A stretch of DNA of 63,240 nt, filler included, from 11 parts of 11 records of this genome joined end to end with filler, not necessarily neighbours in it, one strand, 5' to 3'; positions 17,899-28,927 are shown, counted from the whole stretch's first letter. The notes: generated from the letters alone by a model not told the origin. Numbers and translations are program-made.

Positions 17899-18297
17899 TC
17901 AATCGCTGACGATCTTGATATGAAGGGTGCGTGTCCTGGGTCCGTCGAATTCACAGAAATAGACTCCCTGCCAGGTTCCGAGCAGGGCACGCCCCTGGTG
18001 AATCATCAGTTGTTCCGACACCCCGATCAGGCTGCTTTTGATGTGGGCTGCGCTGTTGCCTTCAAGGTGTCGATACTGGTCTTCAAGGGGGATTAATTTA
18101 TTCAGGCCAGCAATCATGTCGATGCAGACATCGGGGTCTGCATTTTCGTTGATTGTAATTGCTGCTGTTGTGTGCGGGACGAACAGTTGCGCAGTCCCCT
18201 CTGTAACGCCGGAGGTTGCAATGAGGGCATTGATTTCATCCGTCACATCCTTGAACTGAATCTGTTGCTGCGTTTGAACTGTCAGTCGAGAGATCAT
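17899..18297 (-). CDS. yjbQ: YjbQ/UPF0047 family protein
   Basis: PHTTAAITINENADPDV, HLEGNSAAHIK, LGTWQGVYFCEFDGPR. Confidence 0.95.
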   Translation of the reverse strand: MISRLTVQTQQQIQFKDVTDEINALIATSGVTEGTAQLFVPHTTAAITINENADPDVCIDMIAGLNKLIPLEDQYRHLEGNSAAHIKSSLIGVSEQLMIHQGRALLGTWQGVYFCEFDGPRTRTLHIKIVSD

Positions 18298-19148
18298 GAC
18301 TCGATCGGTCGTTTCAAAGTAGCTATCGTGGCATCAATAGCAGCAGAACGATAGATGAGGGATGTGTGCCCCATCCGATCAAGAGGGATGTTTTCTGCCC
18401 AAGACAGGGAGCAGCTGTTGTTCGGTAGCACCATGTTATCTTTCTGGGTGTAAATATTTGTTGTCCTGATTTCGGCCGGAGGCGCCGCAGTGTTGAGGCG
18501 CTGGAGAAAAGCTGAGCCAGGGATCAGGTGCTTTCCGAGCGGTGAGATGGAAAAGGGAGCGAGTTTCGACCCGGCGTGAGGCGATCCGAGGCAAACGAGC
18601 TGGTCGACTTTGCTTTCACCGCCTCGCAGCTGAATGTAGTTTCGCGCGATGATCCCACCCATGGAGTGGCCGACAAGGTTCACCTTGTTGACACCGAGAC
18701 GATGCCTCAGTTCATCAACCCGTTTGGAAAGCAACTCAGTCAGGACTTCTTCGCTGTGCCAGGACGACAGGTTAATAGTGACGACGTTGCTGAACCCTTG
18801 CTGTCGCAGCTGTTTTTTAAACCAGAACCAGCTGGCCTGATTGTCGAACAGGCCATGCAGGAGCAGAATGGGAGTCTCTCCTCGCTTTAAACCCTGATTT
18901 TTTCTGGAAAATAGTCCAAAAGGAATAATGGCAAGGGTCAGGAAGTTAAAAAATGTTTCATAGCTGATCAGTGACGCGCAAAGCTTGAAGCTGCCCTGAT
19001 TGAACCTTTGATCATAGCTGGCGGGGTGCTGATTAGAGTACTCGTACCAGAAGATACTGTAGGATAATACGACAATCAATAAGTCGAATACCAGCAGGGC
19101 GAAGGAGCCCAGGACGAACAGAGTCAGGATTGAAAGCAGGTACGTCAT
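18294..19148 (-). CDS. Membrane-anchored alpha/beta hydrolase (lipase/esterase)
   Basis: N-terminal TM segments, LLLHGL, GHSMGG nucleophile elbow, GSPHAG, D and H near the C-terminus. Confidence 0.88.
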   Translation of the reverse strand: MTYLLSILTLFVLGSFALLVFDLLIVVLSYSIFWYEYSNQHPASYDQRFNQGSFKLCASLISYETFFNFLTLAIIPFGLFSRKNQGLKRGETPILLLHGLFDNQASWFWFKKQLRQQGFSNVVTINLSSWHSEEVLTELLSKRVDELRHRLGVNKVNLVGHSMGGIIARNYIQLRGGESKVDQLVCLGSPHAGSKLAPFSISPLGKHLIPGSAFLQRLNTAAPPAEIRTTNIYTQKDNMVLPNNSCSLSWAENIPLDRMGHTSLIYRSAAIDATIATLKRPIES

Positions 19149-19309
19149 AAGTTCTATCCTCTGGATCGCACGGGACACACCCTGTTAAATGGGTCGTTGA
19201 ACGGGCGACAGGCTGGTTATTCTGAAACCATAATGTTAAAAAGTATGACACGCGGTATTTGCAGCGTCAACAATCATGGCTGATCTTTGTTTGTCGGGAA
19301 TGGTTGAAT

Positions 19310-20209
19310 ATGGAAGAGCGGATCCGTAAATTCCACCAATATATGAAGGTTGAAAGAAATCTTTCGCAAAGAACGATCGCTGCGTATGGCCGTGATCTGG
19401 AGCAGTTTTTCCTGTTCCTGCGGGACCAGGGTGTTGCGCTGAGATGCGATGAGCATTTGTGTCAGGTCGATACGCTGCAGGTGCGTCATTTTCTGGCCCA
19501 GTTGCATAAGAGCGTTGGTAGGACAAGTATTGCGCGGAAGCTGTCTGCTCTTGGGACCTTTTTTCGTTATCTTGTCAGGGAAGGGGTGCTGGATGCCTCT
19601 CCGACTGATGGTTTGACGATCCCAAAACGTGAATCCTACCTCCCTCAAATATTAAGTGCAGAGCAGGTCAGTTCGCTTCTTGACCGCCCTCAGCATGGGC
19701 CTCGGTGGAAGGTCATCAGGGATCTCGCGATGTTTGAGGTGATCTATTCCTGTGGTCTGAGGGTCAGCGAGTTGACCGGTCTGAATCTTACGTCCGTCGA
19801 TTTTGAAACGCGTCAGGTCCGTGTCCTCGGGAAAGGGAACAAGGAGAGACTTGTGCCGCTGGGACGGCAAGCCTGCACGGCATTGCAGCTTTACCTTGAG
19901 GGGCGGGACCTGTCCCATAAAGAACAAGCTCTCTTTCTGAACCATCGCAAAGGACGGCTGACCGCCCGGAGCGTGCAGCGGATTCTGAAGCAACGTTTGT
20001 TGCAGATGAATCTTCCAACCGATGTGACACCTCACGCTTTGCGCCATTCTTTTGCGACCCATCTGCTTGATGCAGGGGCCGATTTAAGGGTGATACAGGA
20101 GCTGCTTGGACACGCCTCCCTGTCGACAACACAGCGCTACACAAAAGTCAGTTTTTCTCACCTCGCAAGTGTTTATGATCAGGCCCACCCACGCAGCCGA
20201 AAAAAATGA
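19310..20209 (+). CDS. xerC: Tyrosine recombinase XerC
   Basis: YSCGLRVSEL, GKGNKER, HALRHSFATHLL, LLGHASLSTTQRYT, YDQAHPR. Confidence 0.9.
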   Translation: MEERIRKFHQYMKVERNLSQRTIAAYGRDLEQFFLFLRDQGVALRCDEHLCQVDTLQVRHFLAQLHKSVGRTSIARKLSALGTFFRYLVREGVLDASPTDGLTIPKRESYLPQILSAEQVSSLLDRPQHGPRWKVIRDLAMFEVIYSCGLRVSELTGLNLTSVDFETRQVRVLGKGNKERLVPLGRQACTALQLYLEGRDLSHKEQALFLNHRKGRLTARSVQRILKQRLLQMNLPTDVTPHALRHSFATHLLDAGADLRVIQELLGHASLSTTQRYTKVSFSHLASVYDQAHPRSRKK

Positions 20210-20326
20210 CAAAATAGGTAATTATTACTTGACAGGTTATGTTTGTTGGTTAAACTTGACGCGTTTGAAATTGAATCGTTCCGGTTGAGAAACCGCAAAC
20301 ATAACACGTATAAAGGAGTCGTCATC

Positions 20327-20926
20327 ATGAGTGTTCTCGTAGGTAAGCAAGCCCCGGATTTTACATCACAAGCCGTACTGGCTGATGGTTCTATCGGCGA
20401 ATTTTCCATGTCAGATTGCAAAGGAAAGTATGTTGTTTTGTTCTTTTATCCTCTCGATTTCACCTTTGTCTGTCCGACAGAGTTGATTGCCTTCAGCCAT
20501 CGTATCGAAGATTTTGAAAAGCGCGGTGTGCAGGTGGTTGGTTGCTCGATCGACTCCCAGTTTACTCACCTGGCATGGCGCAACACTCCGGTGAATGAGG
20601 GTGGTATCGGTCCTGTCAAGTATCCTCTGGTTGCTGATGTCAAGCATGAGATCTGTCGCGCCTATGATGTTGAGTTTGATCCGGCGGGTGTTGCTCTACG
20701 TGGTTCCTTCCTGATTGATCAAGAAGGCGTTGTTCGTCATCAGGTCGTAAACGATCTGCCTCTGGGGCGGAACATTGATGAGATGCTGCGTATGGTTGAC
20801 GCACTTCAGTTTCACGAAAAGCATGGTGAGGTTTGTCCGGCTGGCTGGACTGAGGGTGACAAAGGGATGGTCGCTGATGGTGAAGGCGTTGCCACATACC
20901 TTGCTGATGAGGCCGAAAAGCTTTAA
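20327..20926 (+). CDS. 2-Cys peroxiredoxin (AhpC/TsaA family)
   Basis: [13 protein letters not shown] and EVCPAGW; SD AAGGAG. Confidence 0.97.
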   Translation: MSVLVGKQAPDFTSQAVLADGSIGEFSMSDCKGKYVVLFFYPLDFTFVCPTELIAFSHRIEDFEKRGVQVVGCSIDSQFTHLAWRNTPVNEGGIGPVKYPLVADVKHEICRAYDVEFDPAGVALRGSFLIDQEGVVRHQVVNDLPLGRNIDEMLRMVDALQFHEKHGEVCPAGWTEGDKGMVADGEGVATYLADEAEKL

Positions 20927-20976
20927 CGGCGATCAAGACAATCAAAGTTTCAATAAGTTAGAAAATTAGAGTTAGG

Positions 20977-21007
20977 AAAAAAAGACAGCTTAGGCTGTCT
21001 TTTTTTT
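20977..21007. terminator. Intrinsic terminator
   Basis: A7-GACAGC-TTAG-GCTGTC-T8. Confidence 0.85.
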
Positions 21008-21087
21008 GTTGATTATAATGCTATAATAAGGTTTAATTTGTTAAAATATTAAAGCATTCATAATAACGCTTCTTAAGGGAGGCTGCT

Positions 21088-22032
21088 CTGAGGTTAAAAT
21101 CGTCGATACGAAAGGCGAACGATACTGTTGTGTCGATTTGCTTGGATTCTGGATCTGCAGGGGTTGCAGCTGTTCATCCGGGAGGGGATGGCAGTTATGA
21201 GTTACTCTGCTCTGAATGTTTATCTCTGGAGTCTCCGGATGCCAAGGTTGATGTGGTGAATAATTGTATCCGGAAAAATGGTTTGCAGAAGAAGCATTGT
21301 GTCAGTGTTCTTCCGACGGATGCCTACCAGCTGATTCAGGCGGATATCGAGGGCGTTGAAGAGGGCGAGAGACGTGAGGCTGCTCGTTGGCAGATTCGGG
21401 AGCGGATTGATTATCCGCCGGAAGAGGCTGTCATTGACCTGTTTGACGTTGAGTCATTCAGTGGAGATAGAAAACCTCTGACTTATGTCGTTTCGTCTCA
21501 AAAAGATTTTCTCAGTGATCTCGCTACTCTTGTTCAGGAGTGCGATCTGAAACTAGGCGCGATTGATATTCCAGAGTTTGCATTACGGAACGTTGCGTCT
21601 CTTTTCACAGAGGATGCTCGCGGTGTGGCGATTTTGTTACTGCTTGAAGAGAAAGGCATCCTCGTAGTTGCACGTGAAGGTGTTCTATACCTCGTTCGAC
21701 TGTTTAATACAGGAATGAATGACCTTCTTCCATTCGCTGACGGAGATTATGAGTCTTTGAGTGAAGCTCTGGATGGGATCGTTCTGGAGATACAGCGTTC
21801 TTTCGATTTTTGCGAAAGTACGTTTTCGTTGCCGATGGTCTCACGTTTGCTCGTTGCTCAAACCGTTCAGGAAATCCCGGCCATTGTCAGCTATCTGAAC
21901 GAATATCTCGGGACGACTGTTGAGCCGTTCAACCTCCCGAAAAGCCTCAAAATTATGAATGAGATCGACCCTCTGGTTATAAATCGCAATCTGCTGGCCA
22001 TAGGTGGTGCGCTAAGGCAGGAGGCGGAATGA
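21088..22032 (+). CDS. mshI: MSHA pilus biogenesis protein MshI (PilM-like)
   Basis: YQLIQ..AARWQI..AVIDLF, AIDIPEFALRN, LEIQRSFDFCES; start is either CTG 21088 after GGAGG or GTG 21130. Confidence 0.8.
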   Translation: MRLKSSIRKANDTVVSICLDSGSAGVAAVHPGGDGSYELLCSECLSLESPDAKVDVVNNCIRKNGLQKKHCVSVLPTDAYQLIQADIEGVEEGERREAARWQIRERIDYPPEEAVIDLFDVESFSGDRKPLTYVVSSQKDFLSDLATLVQECDLKLGAIDIPEFALRNVASLFTEDARGVAILLLLEEKGILVVAREGVLYLVRLFNTGMNDLLPFADGDYESLSEALDGIVLEIQRSFDFCESTFSLPMVSRLLVAQTVQEIPAIVSYLNEYLGTTVEPFNLPKSLKIMNEIDPLVINRNLLAIGGALRQEAE

Positions 22033-22634
22033 AGCATCAGCAAATCAATTTATTCCAGGACTGTCTTGTTGACAGGCCAGAACCGTGGCAGAACAGGCAG
22101 GCATGGTTAGTTCTCTTCGCCGTTTTTTGCGTCTGCAGTCTTCTGGCCTTGTTGAGTTATAGGCAGGGGACCGTTCTGGGGGAGCAGCGAGACCAGCTTC
22201 TGCGGCAGGTTAATGAAATAAGACATGCTGTTGAGTTGGCAGAGGCCCAGAGTCAAGGGCCGGAGAGCAATCCACTGATTGAAGAAAAGCTGCGTCGGAT
22301 CGAAGAGGAGATGACGCGCCAGAAAGCTGCTCTGAACTATTTTTCTGATCAGGATGTCGATTCGAACGGGCACATTATTAACTCTCTTGAAGGGCTGGCG
22401 AAGATTAGACAGGAGGGTCTGTGGCTGAGTCGGGTCCATCTGGGAGATAGTGGGGATCGGGTTGAACTGGCTGGCAGTGCTCTGACGGCAGAATCAGTCC
22501 CTGATTATCTGGAGCTTTTGAGCGAGCATCATGTGTTCGGTGGTCGGGCTTTTTCACATCTTCAAGTGACAAGAGAAAACAAGCGGGGCTCACAGGTTGA
22601 TTTTGTTCTGAACAGCGAACGAGAGGACAGATAA
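22029..22634 (+). CDS. MSHA biogenesis PilN-like protein
   Basis: QQINLF, one TM, coiled coil, GLWLSRV, LAGSAL..VPDYL..L..F.G..F. Confidence 0.8.
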   Translation: MKHQQINLFQDCLVDRPEPWQNRQAWLVLFAVFCVCSLLALLSYRQGTVLGEQRDQLLRQVNEIRHAVELAEAQSQGPESNPLIEEKLRRIEEEMTRQKAALNYFSDQDVDSNGHIINSLEGLAKIRQEGLWLSRVHLGDSGDRVELAGSALTAESVPDYLELLSEHHVFGGRAFSHLQVTRENKRGSQVDFVLNSEREDR

Positions 22635-22863
22635 TGAAACAGTCTTCTTTTTCCATCAATCGGTGGTACAACGAGCGACCTCTCAGAGAGCGGTTGCTGC
22701 TGCTGATCTGTTGTCTGGTTGTTCTGGTTTTTGTTGCCAATCAGTTTGTTCTGGCACCGCTTGCTGAGCGTTCCCGGTCGCAGAAGGCTGAGCTGGCTGT
22801 TCTGCAACAGCAGAAGGCCGAGTTGGTTGCACGCGAAATGATTGTCAAGGCGAGAAAGGCATC
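22634..22863 (+). CDS. mshJ: MSHA biogenesis protein MshJ, N-terminal part
   Basis: RPLRERLLL followed by a TM and LAP; gene order after mshI. Confidence 0.65.
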
Positions 22864-22963
22864 NNNNNNNNNNNNNNNNNNNNNNNNNNNNNNNNNNNNN
22901 NNNNNNNTTAATTAATTAANNNNNNNNNNNNNNNNNNNNNNNNNNNNNNNNNNNNNNNNNNNN
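22864..22963. other. Artificial contig spacer
   Basis: N44-TTAATTAATTAA-N44. Confidence 0.99.
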
Positions 22964-23485
22964 GGCACCATCTGATCCGCTCATGTATCCGTTTTTCGGA
23001 CCCGCTCCTGGCAGGGTCGCCTGCGGTCAGATCGTACCTCCACTTTTCTCTGGGATTCGCAATCATCTCGGATATCGGGAAGAACTCCCGAGCCGGCTCA
23101 CAGCCAGGCCCAGATCCGCACATGTGCAACCCCATCTGTGTGCAGCGAAATCAGCACGCCCCACTGATTCCGGACAGCCCGGAAGAGCCCTCCGGCTTCT
23201 CCCGTTACTTATCTGATTTCCCTGCTGTTTATACCGTCTTTCAAACCCGTCATTTCCCGTATTTCGGGAAAAATGATGGATTTATCCTCCATACACGGTA
23301 AATTGCAACGAAGGTATATCATATATGCTCTATAATCAAGGCAAAACTATTACTTTTGGCTTGACACCGAACGACTCGACCCGTACATTTCGGTGCTTGA
23401 AGGGTCAGGGATTATGAGGAAATCAGGACGTACCTGAGGGGACCCTAAATTATTATCGTCGCACATGTTTTCTAAGGAGAATACC

Positions 23486-25942
23486 GTGACAAAGCTGTTG
23501 CCACGTCTGATCTTCACAGGTTTTCTGCTCTTCATTTACGCCTCACCGACCATCGCATCTTCAACAACCTCCACGCCAGCTTCCGGTGACCAGCCGGGAG
23601 ACCCGGCAGTCCAGGCATCATCTGGAGAAACACAACCAGGTGATAAGGCTGCCGCCGCCCCACAAGGCGGTCAGGCGGTAACGACTGAAGAGTGGGATAT
23701 TACCGCAGATAAAATAACCCGGTTCGATAACCCGGAAAGTATTGTCGCCGAAGGCAATATCGTACTGATCAAGCGCAGGAAAATCCCTGCAGCGCATCTG
23801 GCCAAATCGAAGAAGAAGGAGGAGGTCTCCGAATGGTCCGAATTGCTCGAAGAAGACCAGGAAGTAGCGGAGGAACTCACCCCGGAGGATATCGAACAGG
23901 AGCAGGAGTCGGTCTACAGGACGGAAATCATCATCAAGGCCGACTGGATGGCATACGATATCACGCTTTCCACCATCAAGGCCCGCGGCAACGTGTATGT
24001 AGAGGCTGACGATCAGTCCATTAGTGCCGAACAGGCGGTCGTCAATCTCGAACAGGAGACCGGAACCTTCAAAAAGGCGACGGTGATCGGCACAGAAAAG
24101 GATCTGCACCTCGAAGCCGAAGTTATCGAAAAGATCGGGTTCAAGACCTTTCACATCGAAGACGGATGGATTGTGACCTGTAAACTCCCCGAAGGCGAGA
24201 AAGCACCGTGGAGTTTTGCCGCGAGCGATGCAGTCATCGAGCAGGACGGTTACGCGACGCTCAAACATGCCCGTTTCCGGATCAAGGATGTTCCTGTTTT
24301 CTACTCGCCGTGGCTGATGCTTCCGGCTAAAAACAAACGGGAGACCGGATTTCTGCTGCCGGAGCTGAGCTATGGCGAGCACAGCGGATTCGGTGCCAAT
24401 CTACCCTTCTTCTGGAACATCTCCGACTCCACCGATCTGACCCTGCACACACAATATTTTGCCAACCGCGGCTATATGCCGAGCCTTGAGTTCCGATATG
24501 TCACCACGCAGTCAGACAAGGGGCTGGCAATGGCCAGCTATATCAACGATGAGCTCACGGACCCATCCGAAACCGAGTATTACGAAGACACCGGCTACAC
24601 CCACGACAACCAGGACCGCTACTGGTTAAGGGCCAAGGCGGATCAGGATATCTCCGGCTGGACCTCCCGGCTCGATATCGATATCGTCTCCGACCGGGAT
24701 TACCTTCGTGAATTCAATACCGGGGCCACCGGATTCCAGCAGAGTAACGACCAGTTCACCGATGTCTTCGGCAGGAGCCTCGAGAACAAGACCGACGATC
24801 AGCGTACCAACACCTTTGGTATCCTGAAATCCTGGGGCTCGACATCCTTTACCGGGCAGATGCTGGCGATCAACGACGTACGCGAAGACGAGGACCTGGA
24901 GGAAGGGGAGACCCCGAGAACCACGCCCCTGTGGAACCTGCCTTCGCTCGACTACACGGGAACTCTGCCGTTCGAGGACCTTTTTGACCTGACCCTCGGG
25001 TGGGATGCCACCTACTACAATTTCTGGCGAGAGCAGGGCATCGGCGGACACCGCTTCGACATTCATCCGACCCTCAGCGCCCCGCTCCCCATCAGCCAGT
25101 ACCTGGAATCCCGTGCGGAAGTAGGCATCAGGGACACCTACTACGTGGTCCAGGAATTCGGTGAATACGAGTGGGACGACGACTCCTCGCAGAACCGGTT
25201 CCTCTATGACCTGCACGCCGAACTCGGAACCACGCTGATGCGCTCGTTTGCGATGGCCAGTGCAGCGCGGTCCGACGGTTTCACCCATGAAGTCAGACCC
25301 TACGTCGAATACGACTACCTCCCCGATGTAGACCAGGACGACCTGCCCTATTTCGACAGTGACGACAGTGTCTCGGAAGAAAACAAGATCACCTACGGCA
25401 TAGACAACTTCTTCAACGGGTTCTCCGACTCCAGTGATGGCGAAGACGTAGACTACGGCTGGTTCAAGATCAAGCAGAGCTATGATTTCGCAGCAGAGAA
25501 CGACGACGGTGACGACGAGCCGTTCTCGGACATCACCGCGAAGATGAAGTGGGTTCCCATCAATTCCCTCAACCTGCAGTACAAAGTCCAGTATGACGTC
25601 TATGACTCGATGTTCTCCACTCACGATGTCGACACGTCCTACCGTACCAGACGCGGCGACCTGTTCTCGCTCGAATATTATTTCTCCGACGATTCCGACT
25701 CCGACCGCACCGAGCAGATCAATGCGAGCATCGAAGCGGCCCTGACAAGAAGTATGAAGGCCAGATTCAATTTCGAACACTCGCTTTCCAGCGACGAGAC
25801 CAACGAAGCGAACCTGTCACTGCTCTACCAGGCCCTGTGCTGGTCTGTCGAGTTGGGGAGCCAGTATACACCGGATGAAACAACGTTTATGCTCGTCTTC
25901 AGTCTCGCCAACCTCGGCAGTCCGTTTACGTTTTCTTACTGA
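23486..25942 (+). CDS. lptD: LPS-assembly protein LptD
   Basis: ITADKI, AEGN, TC...PW, ARFRIKDVPVFYSPW, RETGFLLP, long beta-barrel; GTG start after AAGGAG. Confidence 0.92.
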   Translation: MTKLLPRLIFTGFLLFIYASPTIASSTTSTPASGDQPGDPAVQASSGETQPGDKAAAAPQGGQAVTTEEWDITADKITRFDNPESIVAEGNIVLIKRRKIPAAHLAKSKKKEEVSEWSELLEEDQEVAEELTPEDIEQEQESVYRTEIIIKADWMAYDITLSTIKARGNVYVEADDQSISAEQAVVNLEQETGTFKKATVIGTEKDLHLEAEVIEKIGFKTFHIEDGWIVTCKLPEGEKAPWSFAASDAVIEQDGYATLKHARFRIKDVPVFYSPWLMLPAKNKRETGFLLPELSYGEHSGFGANLPFFWNISDSTDLTLHTQYFANRGYMPSLEFRYVTTQSDKGLAMASYINDELTDPSETEYYEDTGYTHDNQDRYWLRAKADQDISGWTSRLDIDIVSDRDYLREFNTGATGFQQSNDQFTDVFGRSLENKTDDQRTNTFGILKSWGSTSFTGQMLAINDVREDEDLEEGETPRTTPLWNLPSLDYTGTLPFEDLFDLTLGWDATYYNFWREQGIGGHRFDIHPTLSAPLPISQYLESRAEVGIRDTYYVVQEFGEYEWDDDSSQNRFLYDLHAELGTTLMRSFAMASAARSDGFTHEVRPYVEYDYLPDVDQDDLPYFDSDDSVSEENKITYGIDNFFNGFSDSSDGEDVDYGWFKIKQSYDFAAENDDGDDEPFSDITAKMKWVPINSLNLQYKVQYDVYDSMFSTHDVDTSYRTRRGDLFSLEYYFSDDSDSDRTEQINASIEAALTRSMKARFNFEHSLSSDETNEANLSLLYQALCWSVELGSQYTPDETTFMLVFSLANLGSPFTFSY

Positions 25943-25977
25943 TCCCGGACCTGCAGACAAAGCCGCCACGGCGTTTC

Positions 25978-26961
25978 ATGACTATCAGAGATAAGGGTAA
26001 AGCAGCGCAGTACGACGTGTTCAACGGCGATGCGGACGGCATCTGCAGCCTGCATCAGCTGCGTCTCGCCGATCCGGCCCCCGGTGCGATTCTCGTTACC
26101 GGTGTGAAGCGGGACATAGCCCTGCTTGAGAAAATCAGGGATGTCCGATCCAGCCGCATCACGGTCCTCGACGTGTCGATGAGTTCCAATGCGGCCGCAT
26201 TGGGCGACCTTCTGCAGAGCAGGAACGAAATCACCTATATCGACCACCATTTCGCCGGCGACATTCCCGAATCGGACCTGCTTGCGGCGCATATAGACAC
26301 AGCTGCGGACCGCTGCACATCACTAATCGTCGATGACCTGCTTGACGGCAGGTACCGGAAATGGGCCATCTGTGGCGCATTCGGCGACAACCTGCACGCT
26401 TCCGCCGAGCAGGCTGCCTCGACGCTATCGCTCTCCAGTGGAGAGACCGGCAGGCTGCGCGAGATCGGCGAGTTGTTGAACTACAACGGGTACGGTTCAC
26501 AGGTAGAGGATCTTCATTTTCCACCGGATCAGCTCTACACGGCACTGCAGGATTTTTCCGACCCGCTCGAGTTCCATGCTGATTCAAGCACAATGAATAC
26601 CCTCAAACAGGGATATGATAGCGATATGGACCTCGCTCTTTCCCTCGATATCTTCGCGAGCAGCGGCGACAATCGAATCTATCACTTCCCGCAGAAGGCC
26701 TGGGCACGTAGAGTATCAGGCGTTTTCGCCAACCTCAAGGCACGGGAAAACCCATCCGGGGCACACGCGATGATAACCGACAATGATGATACGACCCTCC
26801 GGATCAGCGTCCGCGCACCGCTCGACAACAGGCAGGATGCGGACACCTTGTGCCGTGCGTTTCCAAGCGGCGGGGGGCGTGCAGCCGCTGCCGGCATAAA
26901 TGAGCTGCCGGAAAAAATGCTCGACGAGTTTATCGATCAATTCAATGCCATCTACGGCTAA
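25978..26961 (+). CDS. DHH family phosphoesterase
   Basis: DVFNGDADG, VLD, IDHH, C-terminal GGGRAAAAG. Confidence 0.85.
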   Translation: MTIRDKGKAAQYDVFNGDADGICSLHQLRLADPAPGAILVTGVKRDIALLEKIRDVRSSRITVLDVSMSSNAAALGDLLQSRNEITYIDHHFAGDIPESDLLAAHIDTAADRCTSLIVDDLLDGRYRKWAICGAFGDNLHASAEQAASTLSLSSGETGRLREIGELLNYNGYGSQVEDLHFPPDQLYTALQDFSDPLEFHADSSTMNTLKQGYDSDMDLALSLDIFASSGDNRIYHFPQKAWARRVSGVFANLKARENPSGAHAMITDNDDTTLRISVRAPLDNRQDADTLCRAFPSGGGRAAAAGINELPEKMLDEFIDQFNAIYG

Positions 26962-26974
26962 CCCGAGCAGAGAC

Positions 26975-28077
26975 ATGAAGGCAACATACAGCGCCCGATA
27001 TCCAGAACGAACTGGGGTTTCAGATAATCCCGCCCCCTCTTCACAGCGTTCATTCTTTTTCTGCTGCTCACACTGCTGGTAGCGCTGAATGGCGGCATTG
27101 CCCGGGCAGCGGGAAAACCCAAAGCCGCCGATCTCGTCTGGGACGGGCAGCCCATCGATCTCACCAGCGAGCGGTATGCCAAACTGTTCACTGAGTTGCA
27201 GAATGAACATGATTTCAGTGCGGAGGAACTCTCCACGCTGTTTTCCGGGGTGAGAATCGACCGCACGGTACTTGAACTCATGGACCGGCAGTGGGAAGCG
27301 AAGCCCTACTACAAATACCGGACCCTGTTCATCACGTCGAAGACCATCTCCAAAGGCAGAAAAATGGCCGCGAAACACCGCGACCTGCTCAAGCAGATCG
27401 AGGCCGAATTCGGTGTCGAGGGTGAAGTGGTCATCGCCATCTGGGGAATCGAGTCGCGCTTCGGCACCCACACCGGCAGATACGGCGTGTTCCAGACACT
27501 CAATACCCTGTTCGATGCGTACCCGCGCAGGTCGGCCTTTTTCAGAAAACAACTCATCTATTTTCTAAAGGTGTGCAGAGAGAACGATATGGACCCCCTC
27601 GATATCAAGGGATCCTATGCCGGAGCGTTCGGGCAGACCCAGTTCATCCCGTCGAGTTTTCATGAATATGCCGTCAGTTTCGACGGTGACGACAAGCGGG
27701 ACGTGTTCAACTCAACCGAGGATATCCTCGCCTCGATCGCCAATTACCTGCGCCGGTTTCACTGGACACTCGGTGCGCCGATCTACAAAGACATCGGCAC
27801 CGAGCTCAAGTCCCAGCAGCTGATCAGCACCAATCTGAAGGGGCGCAAGGGAAAGATCGACTACCAGACCGTGAGCAAAGCACAGGGATTGACGCTGCCG
27901 CCTCCGCCGGAGGACCGCAAACTCACCATTGTGGGGCTCGAAATCGACCCGGACACGGGCGGGGGATTCCGCTACGTTGCCGGATACCCGAATTTCCAAG
28001 CAATCACGATGTGGAACCACTCGAATCGGTACGCGATGGCGGTCACCGAGCTAGCCGAGGAAATCGGGGCACGCTGA
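26975..28077 (+). CDS. mltB: Lytic murein transglycosylase (MltB/SLT_2), apparent frameshift near 27029-27037
   Basis: IAIWGIESRFG, GSYAGAFGQTQFIPSS, SIANYL, WNHSNRYAMAV. The signal-peptide frame lacks a start codon unless one C is added to join it to ATG 26975. Confidence 0.85.
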
Positions 28078-28096
28078 TCCGGAACAGGGGGGCAGC

Positions 28097-28927
28097 TTGT
28101 ACCGTCCGGTCACGGAGATGACGCCGAAACCGCCAATCATACTCACCACCGATTTCGGGCTGAAAGACGAGTACGTCGGTGTCATGAAGGGGGTGATCCT
28201 GTCCATCGATGCAGGGGCCACCATCATCGACCTCACCCATTCTATCGAGCCGCAGAACGTGCCCGAAGCAGCACGGCTCATCGGCCGGAGTTACCGCTTT
28301 TTCCCACAGGGCTCCATCCACCTCTGCATCGTCGACCCTGGCGTTGGCAGCACTCGCCGGATACTGGTGATTCATGCCGATGACCGCTTCTTTGTCGGCC
28401 CCGACAACGGTATCTTCACACCAATTCTCTCCTCCGGCACCTGTAGCGCGATCCACGAGCTGACCAACGAGGATTGGTTTCTCGACCCGGTTTCGCGCAC
28501 ATTCCACGGCCGCGACATCATGGCGCCCGCGGTAGCCCGTCTCTCACTCGGAGAGCCTGTCGAAGGGGCAGGCCGGGCGGTTTCTCAATCCGGTTGCGTC
28601 ACGATCGAAGATCCCCGCCCGATCATCAGTACCTCCAGCATCGACGGAACGATCGTCGCCATCGACCACTTCGGCAACCTCACCACCACTATCGACGATA
28701 AGACGCTGCTGAAATCTGGTGGAAACGGAAAATGGACGATTGGGCTAAATAACCGCGTCATTGCACTGAGCGCACGGAGTTACGCAGATCTACCCGATGA
28801 CGAACCGGCCGCGCTGATAAACAGCAGCGGTTTCATCGAGATCTGCATCAAGAACGGGAACGCGGCCCGGACACTCGGTGCCCGGGTCGGTGATGCCGTT
28901 CGGGTACGCCCTGCAAACACTCAGTAA
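28097..28927 (+). CDS. SAM hydroxide adenosyltransferase / chlorinase-fluorinase family (DUF62)
   Basis: LTTDFG, VDPGVG, GPDNG, TFHGRDIMAP, IDHFGN. Confidence 0.93.
   Translation: MYRPVTEMTPKPPIILTTDFGLKDEYVGVMKGVILSIDAGATIIDLTHSIEPQNVPEAARLIGRSYRFFPQGSIHLCIVDPGVGSTRRILVIHADDRFFVGPDNGIFTPILSSGTCSAIHELTNEDWFLDPVSRTFHGRDIMAPAVARLSLGEPVEGAGRAVSQSGCVTIEDPRPIISTSSIDGTIVAIDHFGNLTTTIDDKTLLKSGGNGKWTIGLNNRVIALSARSYADLPDDEPAALINSSGFIEICIKNGNAARTLGARVGDAVRVRPANTQ

Noticed and set aside
19310-20209. Tyrosine recombinase as a prophage or island integrase
   Set aside because: Size and motifs fit housekeeping XerC; no att sites or mobile genes nearby.
22964-23300. Open frames at the start of contig 5
   Set aside because: No recognisable protein motifs on either strand.
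23401-23446. Possible hairpins (AGGGTC/GACCCT, TCAGG/CCTGA) upstream of lptD
   Set aside because: Short stems compatible with chance; no known riboswitch consensus or terminator.
24626-25780. Long antisense ORFs (384 aa here; also 26716-27552, 29708-30523, 61455-62303)
   Set aside because: Shadows of well-supported genes on the opposite strand, caused by codon bias.
28097-28927. Halogenase (fluorinase/chlorinase) interpretation
   Set aside because: The HGRD motif and housekeeping context fit the widespread SAM hydrolase (DUF62) branch.
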